A DNA stretch of 64,000 nt from Antechinus flavipes (lineage: Eukaryota). Under the pieces are notes generated by a model. The model saw only the letters and a list, made by a program, of their open reading frames with translations. It ran no database searches and was not told the origin of the DNA. The stretch lies in NCBI RefSeq assembly GCF_016432865.1, contig NC_067403.1, positions 200,074,001 through 200,138,000 on the forward strand. Direction: 5' to 3'. Positions 1-10,884 of this stretch are shown here, piece by piece. Made by a program: the position numbers and the translations under genes. The first letter of the stretch is position 1. Every line of letters begins with the position of its first letter.

Positions 1-108
1 GACCGGCTGATCCTTCGCGGCGCCCACCTCACAGCGCAGGAGATGCTCGCAGCCTTCAGTTCTCGAGTCCTGGCCAAGAGCACCACCTCTTCCGGGCAGA
101 AGGGCTGA
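1..108 (+). CDS. MRPL53: Mitochondrial ribosomal protein L53, 3' part of last coding exon (gene starts before the window)
   Basis: Frame 1 reads DRLILRGAHLTAQEMLAAFSSRVLAKSTTSSGQKG* (TGA 106-108). This matches the recalled MRPL53 C-terminus (HRLIMRGAHLTALEMLTAF) and the synteny upstream of MOGS. Confidence 0.92.
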   Translation, partial: DRLILRGAHLTAQEMLAAFSSRVLAKSTTSSGQKG

Positions 109-155
109 GGGTCTTGGCGTCCGGGGAGATGGGGGCATGGGCTAGGGAAGGAGCA

Positions 156-161
156 AATAAA
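156..161 (+). terminator. MRPL53 poly(A) signal AATAAA
   Basis: Canonical hexamer 47 nt after the MRPL53 stop. Confidence 0.75.
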
Positions 162-229
162 AGTGAGCCATTGCGATCTGCGCCTGTACCCTTGTGTCTG
201 TCTGGGTTACGGAATGAGAGAGGCAAAAG

Positions 230-374
230 ACGCTGCGGACCTTGAGGAGGTCTGCACGCGAGCCGGTGGGCGGGGCAACGCGCCACTTCCGTTTACTGAG
301 CTCGAAGACTTCGGTCTTCCTGGCTGCAGGTGTGTGGCGGTCTCCTGAGCCGTCTGGTGGCCTCGGTGCCCAGG
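230..374 (+). promoter_or_regulatory. MOGS CpG-island promoter / 5' UTR
   Basis: GC box GGGCGGGG (~268-275) and ETS-like ACTTCCG (~284-291) in CpG-rich DNA just before the MOGS ATG. Confidence 0.55.
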
Positions 375-3300
375 ATGGCAAGGGGAGAACGCAAGCGCCG
401 GGCGGGTCCTCCCGCGGAAGCCCCCGGGCCGCGAGCTCCGGACAAGGCCGGCAGGAGGCGGGAGGGCCGGTTTGGGGTGGGGCCAGGCTCGGGGCCCCGG
501 CGTGGGCCTGGAGGTCGCGGCGCTGGGAGCCAGGGGCCGGGGACCGCGGCTCTGGCCGCCCTGGGCCTGGCGCTGGCGCTGGGTCTTGGCCTGGGCCTGT
601 CCTGGCGCGGAATCGTGGCGTGGCAGCGGGCGAGGCGCGCCGTAACCCTGCACCCGGCGCCTCCCGCGCTGCCGCCCAACAGCTCCAGCGCCGCGGCCGC
701 CCCGGACCTTTTCTGGGGCACTTACCGGCCACACGTCTACTTCGGCATGAAGACCCGCAGCCCGCGCGCGCCCGTCACGGGTAATCCCGGGGGACTGGGC
801 GGGCGGGAGGACTGGGCGAGGGAGGGACGAAGGACGGCAGCTGATCTCGCCTGCCTCCCCCCGAATCCCCAGGCCTGATGTGGCTGCAGCAAGGGACCCC
901 CCCAGGAATGCCGGGCCAGCTCCGGCACACGTGTGAGCAGGGAGACGGGATGGGCCCCTACGGCTGGGAGCTGCACGATGGGGTCAGCTTCGGGCGGCAG
1001 CGGCTGCACGACGGACCCCTACTGCTCACCACCGAGTTTGTGAAGAGGCCGGGCGGAAGCCACGGCGGGGACTGGAGCTGGAGGATCACGGCTGAGCCCC
1101 AGGTCAGACCCCTCCCCTTCTGGGACCGCCGCAGATTGGGTGTGAAACGCGTCCCCGGGGGTTCTACCGCATCTCCTTGCCTCCCCCCCAGCACCCCCAC
1201 TGCATTAATGCGTTAAAACACGAGGTCCCAGTAGAAATCAGAAACAGGACCATTTCCCTTAGTTTTCCCATTTAAAGCAAGGGGGGTGGTGAGAAGCTGC
1301 TTAGGGCTTGCAGCTGTGATGCCTTTTTCCACATCTCGTTCCCAATTTCCACCTTTTCAGACTCGAGAGAGCCCTGTGCTACCTCTGCTCTCTTTGTTCT
1401 TCTACGTGGCCACTGACGGACAGGGCACATTGAGGCCAGAGCCCGGGACAGGGGGGCAGCTGAATGGCATTGATGGCCACACGGAGGAGCTTGGTGACTT
1501 CCGCCTCATCCTTCTTCCCCCTACCAATGTCAAAGGGACAGCCTTGAAACATGGCAGGTAATGGCAATGCAGGATTTGGTCTCCAGCTCCCTTGGGGATC
1601 CTGGTCCATTTTTCTGTCCCGTCCCTTCATGTCAACCTGCCTTCTAATGTTTTCCTCTCCTCTGCCCTATCTTTCTCCCCTATCCTCTTGTCCTTTTCAG
1701 TTTCTCTTCTTCCCAACTGACTTTTTCCTTGTTTTCCATAGCTACAACAGTCTCTGGATGCCCAGCCCAGGGTTGCATTTGTTGACGGAAGCTGTGAAGA
1801 ATCGGCTAAATCGATGGTTTCAGCACCGCCCCCCTGGTGGTTCTCCAGAGCGATATCTGGGCTTGCCTGGATCCCCTCAGTGGGAAGGGGAAAGCCTGAA
1901 ATCAGGCCATTCAGCACAAGGACAGATTGTGGTCCAGCAGCTGACGCTAAAGCCACCCTTCCGAGTTGAGCTGGTTTTTGAATCAGGAAGCGTGGGCTGG
2001 GGGGAATCTCGTCCTGGGGGTCGTCTGGCTGGGCCAGTATTATCCCAGGCCCTGGACACCCATGTCACAGCTTTCACAGACCGATTTGAGGATACCTTCA
2101 GGCTGGGAGCACGAGGCCTGAGTGCAGGAGAGCAGGCTCTGGGTCAAGCAGCCCTAAGTGGGCTCTTGGGGGGCTTTGGCTATTTCTATGGACAAGGCCT
2201 GGTGCTACCAGATCCTGGGGATGATGAAGGACCTGAAGAGGACCCGGCCCCAGCCCCATCCCTTTTTCCTCCAGCTCCACTCTTCACAGCCGTCCCTTCA
2301 AGATCCTTTTTCCCTCGTGGCTTTCTGTGGGATGAAGGTTTCCACCAGCTTGTGGTGTATTGTTGGGAGCCACGTTTGACCAGGGAGGCCCTGGGCCACT
2401 GGCTCGGACTGCTTAATGCTGATGGCTGGATCGGGCGAGAGCAGGTGCTGGGAGATGAGGCCCGGGTCCGGGTCCCACCACCGTTCCTAGTACAGAGAGC
2501 AGCCCATGCCAATCCCCCAACTCTCTTGTTGCCTGTGATGCGCATGCTGGACAGTGGAGACACTGCTGATATGGATTTCTTACGTACAGCTTTCCCCCGT
2601 CTCCAGGCCTGGTTCTCTTGGCTCCAACAAAGCCAGGCAGGCCCTGTTCCTTTGTCCTATCGCTGGCGAGGACGCGACCAGGCTGCTCCTGGTCTGCTGA
2701 ACCCCAAGACATTGCCCTCAGGCCTGGATGACTACCCTCGAGCTTCACACCCATCACCAGATGAGCGACATTTGGACCTGCGCTGCTGGATGGCACTTGG
2801 TGCCAATATCTTGGCCCAGCTGGCACAAAAACTTGGGAAGACTCAGGCAGAGACTGAGTTGGCTGAGCTTGCAGCCAAACTGAGGGATGAGAGCGGTCTG
2901 GACTCATTGCACTGGGCCCCCGAGTTGGGTGTCTTTGCAGATTTTGGGAATCATACAGGAGCTGTTCGCCTTGCAAGGGGTCCCCAGGGGCTGGTCCGAG
3001 TGGTGGGCCGTCCTCCCCATCTACAGTATGTTGATGCATTGGGCTATGTCAGCTTCTTTCCACTGTTCCTCAGACTGCTGAGTCCCACCTCCCCACACCT
3101 AGGCCCCCTGTTGGACCTGCTGGCAGACAGCCGTCACTTATGGAGTCCTTTCGGTTTGCGCTCACTGTCTGCCTCCAGCCCTCTCCATGGACAGCGAAAT
3201 TCAGAGCACGACCCACCATACTGGCGAGGGGCTGTCTGGGTTAATATTAACTACCTAGCATTGGGTGCCCTATTTCACTATGGGCACCTGGAGGGGCCCC

Positions 3301-3488
3301 ACCAAGCCCAGGCATCACAACTCCACACCCAGCTGCGAACCAACCTTGTGGGTAACGTGTGGCGACAGTACCGGGACACAGGCTTTTTATGGGAACAGTA
3401 CAGTGATCGGGATGGTCACGGCATGGGCTCCCGGCCATTCCAGGGCTGGACCAGTCTTGTACTGCTTGCTATGGCAGAGGACTATTGA
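375..3488 (+). CDS. MOGS: Mannosyl-oligosaccharide glucosidase (ER glucosidase I, GH63), 859 aa, 4 exons
   Basis: Exons 375-780, 873-1102, 1361-1557, 1742-3488; all GT-AG with compatible phases (2580 nt). Arg-rich start MARGERKRR, a TM anchor, and motifs [61 protein letters not shown], end AMAEDY*. Confidence 0.98.
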
Positions 3489-3794
3489 TCCCCACCATTC
3501 TTCCACATAATCCTTCCCATGTCAACTCAGGACCAACTCGCTGCCCAGCCTTCCCCAAACCACCACCATCCATCCTAGGCCTGCTAGGAAATGACCCATC
3601 TACCACTCCCTTGGGCCCTCTTTGCTGCTGCTGCTGGGGGTCAGGAGCCTCATGTGTGGTGCACGGGAGGGAGATGGGCCGGGGAGCGGGCTCCTCTGCT
3701 CCAGAGCTCCTGGGTCCCATGCCTGGAACGCATCTCAGGGGTTACCCCACCCATCTCCATTAGTCTTGGTGGCAGATGGTGGTGAAGTCAAGAG

Positions 3795-3813
3795 TTTATT
3801 TTTCTAAAATAAA
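3795..3813. terminator. Crossing poly(A) signals: WBP1 (minus, 3795-3800) and MOGS (plus, 3808-3813)
   Basis: Plus strand reads TTTATT...AATAAA between two convergent stop codons. A further minus-strand ATTAAA lies at 3947-3952. Confidence 0.65.
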
Positions 3814-4101
3814 AATTGCCTTCCTGTGACTCATAGTCCTTTATGGTCCCCCTACTCTCTTCTAAATGCCCCTCATTTGAATCTTTTTTCTACCTTCTAC
3901 CCAAGGCTGAAAGTAATTCAAATTCACACCTAGCTAGTTAAATTTCTTTAATAAGGAGACCTGAGGTGTTGGGTATATGTATGGGAAGGGCAATCACCAC
4001 TCTTTTCCTATATGTGATTGCCATAGTCAGAATCCCATCCACCGGGGGCCAGACTTGCCTGGCAGAAACAACTGGGGATGAGAGGACCGAGTTCCAGGTC
4101 C

Positions 4102-5968
<1,867 letters not shown>

Positions 5969-5976
5969 GCTGCTGC

Positions 5977-6087
5977 CTACAGGCCCGGGCAGGAAACTGC
6001 CACCTCCACCGCCGGGCAGCCTGCCACTGCTTTCCGGACCGCAACCACCATAGTCCCGGCCCGGACCATAGCCGCTACCGCCGCCAT
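5977..6087 (-). other. 36-aa AUG uORF in the WBP1 leader, with an internal in-frame splice donor
   Basis: MAAVAAMVRAGTMVVAVRKAVAGCPAVEVAVSCPGL*; three in-frame ATGs, the first in GCGATGG context; stop 8 nt before the WBP1 ATG; GAG|GTGGCA donor after 6004. Confidence 0.6.
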
Positions 6088-6129
6088 CGCTATCCGGACT
6101 CACAGCGACCGAGCCTTGGAGCCTCCCAG

Positions 6130-6336
6130 CCAATCAGCAACTGAGTTGCGTCAGATTGCCACCAATAGGGAGTCGTTTCTTCAGGATCGGCCAATGGGAA
6201 CAGCCTGACAAGGCACTTCCGGAGACCAATGCGCTGCCGCGTCTCCTCCACTCACCCAGACAACAGGGGCCCAGAGACAAAGAGTGAAGAAGCAATCGCC
6301 CAAAGACTGTGATCGGCAGCACCAACCACCAATAAA
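6130..6336 (-). promoter_or_regulatory. WBP1 promoter: CCAAT-box array plus ETS site, lying in the INO80B 3' region
   Basis: CCAAT at 6130, 6162, 6191, 6226 and 6329; CACTTCCGG at ~6214-6222. Confidence 0.7.
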
Positions 6337-6591
6337 AGGCATTAGTCCCCCTTCGTGGGAATCAAGCCCACCAACGAGTGTTCAGAGTCGCTAGAGAGGG
6401 CTGCTTTTTGCGAGAGAAGTCTCAAGGATTGGCTGAGCTTTGCTCAGCAACATGGGCAAGAGGTGGGGAAAAGGGGAACCCGAGGTGAGGTAGCCTTCGG
6501 GGAGGCGGAAAGGCCTCCAGCTCCGCCTCCAGCCGGGAGGGGCCGAGGCCGAGTCGCGGGGGCAAGGGAAGGGGGCGGGGGGCGGGGGTGC

Positions 6592-9002
6592 TCAGGTGGC
6601 CACGATGGGGCTGGGCGGGGCAGCGCCGGCGCCCTCCGGCAGCCCGAGCTGCAGCTGCAGGTTGAGGCGGTAACACTGCAGGCTGCAGAGGGGCTGGCCC
6701 GTGCGCGAGCAGGCGTAGCGCCGCGGGTGGGGACAGCCTGGCACAGAGCAGCGAGGCCGAGGGCCCGGGGGTGGTGGGGGCGGCGAAACGGGGGCCGGCG
6801 TGGGCACACCCACGGGGAAGGACAGGGTGGCGCCGCGCGCTCCGCTGCTATAGCGGACCATGGGCGTGGCGGCGGGTGGCCGGCCCCCTCGGCGCTCGCC
6901 ACGCGCGGCCCCTCGGCCGCCGCGGCTGCTGGGGGCCGCCGTCTTGGTCAGCCTCTCGATGGTCTGGTTTTTGTGCTCCTCCGCCCGGCGGGCCGCCTGC
7001 AAGCGCCGCTTTCGGGCCCGCTCCTCCCGCTTCATCAGCATTTCCTCTGTGAGCTTCGGAGCCCCCGCGGCAGCCGGCAGGGCGAGCATGGGCGACGGCT
7101 GGCTCCGAGCCTTCTGCAGCAGGGCCCTCTGCGGGGACAACGAGGAGGGGCCAGATCGTCAGGGGCCGCCCACTCAGACACTGCCGGCTCCCCGCCCCGG
7201 TCCTCACCTCCGACCCTATCCACCCACCCACCTGGCGAGCTGTGAGCAATCTCTCGTTGATCTCCTTCTTCAGGTCCCCATTGTCATCCAGCTCCCCCTT
7301 CTCCAGTGCATCCAGCCAGCGCTGTTCTTCCTCATCTTCTCGGCCTCCAAGGCCTCCAGCCAATTCCCCGAGAGGGGAGGGAGACAGGTTACTGTCTTCA
7401 TCTGGGGACAAAAGTGCACAACTTGTATCCAGGCAGAAGAACAGCCAAACTGGGGGGGTGGGGGAGAGGCCGTCAGCCAATCCCTGAAGGTGCCTTACCC
7501 AGCCAGGCGCGATACTGCTCAATGGGGACCCCTTCCATTGGCTCCTCTTCATTGTCCACAACCATGAGGGGAGAAGGGGACCGGGGCTCCTCGGGGATCA
7601 CAGTGAAAGTGGGAACACTGGAGAAGAAGAGTGAGAAGCTTGGCCAGCCTGATCCTAGCTCCTTTCCTACATTCCACATGCTGGAAATCAACAGGTCCAG
7701 TCTGTGGGCATTTACTGAGCACCTTCTATGCACCAAGGACTGCACTTATAGTGTTGGGGAATCCAAAGAAAAGCAAAAATAGTGTCTGCTTTGGAGCAGG
7801 AGCTCACATTCTAATAATGGCCACTATCAACCAGTCCAATCTCCTGCCTCCCACCACAGTCCCATAGTCATTTTGGTGCTGTGGTTAGAGCCCCGCGCTA
7901 GGAATCAGGAACACTCCTCGAGTTCAAATACAGCCTCGGACACTTCCTAGCTGCATGACCCCCGAAGAGGCACTTAACCCTGTTTGCCTCTGTTTCCTCA
8001 TTTGCAAAATGAGCTGGAAAAGAAAATGGTCAATCATTTTGCTAAAAACACTCCTGATCTCACCCCAAAGGCTGATCAGACCCTCTTCCCAGTGGAAATA
8101 AGGGACCTTTTTTAACTTTCCCTGATTCCTAGACTTCCAACCCAACTCCCTAGGCAGTATGGCCAGACTCCCCACCAAAAGCCGACCAACTCCAGGTCAG
8201 CACCCATGGGGAGTCCTTGGTTGTCAGCACAGCCCATGAGGTCAGGGGAGCTCGAGTGCTTTCTTGGGAGGGCTTGGCCCTGGCTGGCCCCCCGGAACCA
8301 CAGAACCCCGACCCGGGTCTTCACGCTTACCTCTTGGTGCCCAGGACCTGGCCACCCAGCTTGATCCTGAGCTTCAGCTGGGCAGGAGCTTGGGCAGGGC
8401 CAGAGGCAGAACTGGGCAGGGGGGGGCCGGGCCCTTCCTCCTGGTGCTGCTTTTTCTTGTGTTTCTTCTTGTGCTTCTTATGCTTCTTCTTATGGCCACC
8501 GTGGCCGTGGCCACTCAGTTCCAGCTCTTCTCCTGAGGGTCAGCGCCGTTAGCTGGGGGTCGGGGCAGGGGCAGCACCCGGGGCACACAACTTGGGTAGG
8601 CACCGGGGGCCCTTCCCCGGAGCTGGGGAGAGGGGAGGGGATGGAAGGGGGGCTGTGGCTAGGACGGGTCGTCTCCATGGCAACCAAGGAGGCGCCACTC
8701 GGAGCTGGGGGAAGGGAGAAGGGAGAGTGTCCGTTGCCTTGGAGATCGCGCGCACGTTGGCCCACTGACTAGACGAGACCAGACTGGCCCGGCCCGGCCC
8801 GGCCCGGCCCGTAGAGGCTCCTAGGAGGAAGCGCTCCAGACTCCCACCCGCACCGCCCCTCGCAGGCCTTCAGCTGCGGACGCAGGAACTCTGAGAAGCG
8901 GGCCCCTTCCCACCTAGGTCTGATCCCTCCGGGGCAACACCTACCGGGTTCCGACCCCTCCGCGGCCCCGGAGGCGCCTCCGCGTCTCCACAGCTTGCTC
9001 AT
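6592..9002 (-). CDS. INO80B: INO80 complex subunit B (PAPA-1 and zf-HIT domains), 361 aa, 5 exons
   Basis: Exons 9002-8945, 8532-8331, 7617-7499, 7401-7232, 7128-6592 (1086 nt, GT-AG). MSKLWRRG, Lys/His tract HKKKHKKHKKKHKKK, EEEQRWLDALEKGELDDNGDLK, LTEEMLMKREERARKRR, zinc finger CSVPGCPHPRRYACSRTGQPLCSLQCY. Confidence 0.97.
7865..8050 (+). mobile_element. CORE-SINE (Mar1/MIR-like) in INO80B intron 2
   Basis: tRNA-like head (gtggttagag...gagttcaaat) and core acttcctagctg...tgtttcctcatttgcaaaatgag. Confidence 0.7.
8671..8746. promoter_or_regulatory. Two RFX X-box motifs in INO80B intron 1
   Basis: GTCTCCATGGCAAC (8671-8684) and GTTGCCTTGGAGAT (8733-8746). Confidence 0.55.
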
Positions 9003-9250
9003 GAGCAGCCGTAGCTAATAAGAACTGGAAAGGACGAAGACACACGAGAACGACCCCCTTCCGCCCCGCGGAAGCTCTGCTCCCGGAAGTGGAATCACTC
9101 CCCTTCCGCTCGTGCTCAGGGCCGTCAACCATCTTTGTGCGGGGCCGACCCGACGCCCAAATGCCTCCCCCGGAGAAACAGGGCCAGTTTCTGGGAGTCC
9201 GCCTCAGGAGTCTCTGCACGGCCGGGCGGGGCACCTCGGGGCTGAGGAGC
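9003..9250 (-). promoter_or_regulatory. INO80B CpG-island promoter
   Basis: CCGGAAGT (9083-9090), other GGAAG/CTTCC ETS cores and GC boxes upstream of the ATG. Confidence 0.6.
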
Positions 9251-10884
9251 GACTCCGGGTCCCAGCGATCCACTAGGGCTCAGGCAGACAGGCGGTGGGG
9301 AAGAACCTTTATTCCAAGGCAGATTTTTGCTTATTGGGGGGGAGTAAAGGATATCATTTTAAAAGTATTTTTTAACAGTTCAGCCTGCGAAGTGGGAAGT
9401 GCAAGTGCCATTCATTGTTCCCATTTTGCAAAAGAGAAAACTGAGGCCGGAGGCGGGTCACACCGCTGGGGAACGTCGGGTAGCTGTACTCTAAATCAAA
9501 ACATCGAGTGTGTTATCTTTAGAGCCACCCTCCGGTTTCAAAACTTATAGCCACTAAACAAAGCTTTTACATCTTAAAATATAGGATATTGTTACGATTC
9601 CAGGCATGGGTGTCGTTTTTTTTTTTGTTTGCTTTTGTGTGGGTTTGGTTTTGTGTGTGTGTTATTTTTTTGTGTATGTGCTAGAGGCAGAGACCCAAAG
9701 AAACACGACGTACGGACCCTCAGCCCAGAGCTCTTTTCAAAATTTTGATTCCCGGATGATTGGGACGATTTCGGTTTTTTGCATTTCTTTCCCAACCCCT
9801 AACACGGTGCCTGGAAAGTAAACAGTGCTTAATAAAAGCGTTTGATTTGGTTATTTGAATTTTCACTTCCTTTTTTCCGGACCTCAAAACCTCAGTTTCC
9901 TTATCAATAGGAAAGGAAAGACGATCTCTTAAAGTCTTTTTCGGTTCTAAGTTGATTTTAGTATTCTTTTCCCATCCCCACTCCCATGTTCTTTATGTGT
10001 ATACAATCGTGTATACAAAGGCAAGGATTATTTTTGCCTTTCTTCGTATCTCTGGTATTTACCACCTAATTGGCACTTAATAAATTGTTTTTACTTCACA
10101 CACGACCCATGTATAAATAACCACCCTGCCCCACACACCTACACATCTGTAGCCACAAGCAGAGCAACGCTCCCCTCGTTCTGTGTTCACCTGTACGGAC
10201 AGCCGCAGCAGCACCTATGCGCTGTTTTCTTCTCAGATTTTTACTTTCCGCTTTCCAGTCCTAGAGTCCTCCCTAGGATGTCCCTAAACAGATGACAGGA
10301 CCCCTAGGGGATTGGGAAGAGACCTTTTTTTGGCTGAGACTTAGTCCTGGAGAGGGTGGAGCTTTAGCTTAAATGAGCCTCTTTGGACCCGCCCCTGCCT
10401 CAGGTAAGGAGGCCCGCCTTCACCCAGTCTCCAAGCCTTAGTTCAGATTGGATGGTGCTCTAACCAAACTTCGATCTTAATGCGGGGTTGGCTCAGGTGT
10501 GCGCTCTGGGCGGAGCTCTCCTCGAGGTAACTCCGGACCGAGCGTCCCTCCTCTTTCGTGACCTAGGTATACTCTCGGAGGCCGGAGGGCGGGTAAAGTT
10601 TGGGAGTAATTGGGAGATTCCCGGGCTTTGAGAGTGGGTGAGGGGGCCGGGCCAGGCGTGGCTGGGCGTGAAGGGACGGGACAAAGCCAGGCAGGACAGG
10701 ACAGGAGCCCGGAGATGAGAGGAAGTACCAGAGAGGCTTCATGGTAACAGAAAAGAAAGCGAAAAAATTAGCCTACTAACCAACCAAAAAGAAAAAAAGA
10801 AAGAAAAAAGCCTAAAACTGGGCATTCCGGCACAAAAGAACCAGGACAAAGATCTGGTGCGTTCCAGAGTTAGACGATTGAAGA

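Noticed and set aside
142-784. Long overlapping ORFs (175-196 aa) in other frames over MOGS exon 1
   Set aside because: GC-rich shadow ORFs with Pro/Arg/Gly low complexity and no homology I recognise.
3485-3807. Short ORFs in the MOGS 3' UTR, including MLLLLLGV...
   Set aside because: Arise from a (CTG)n-like run; non-ATG or weak starts; no recognisable domain.
6432-6448. Hairpin GCTGAGC-TTT-GCTCAGC in the INO80B 3' region
   Set aside because: 7-bp stem expected by chance; not a histone-type stem-loop.
6355-7567. 296-aa and 235-aa plus-strand ORFs antisense to INO80B
   Set aside because: Antisense shadows of a GC-rich exon.
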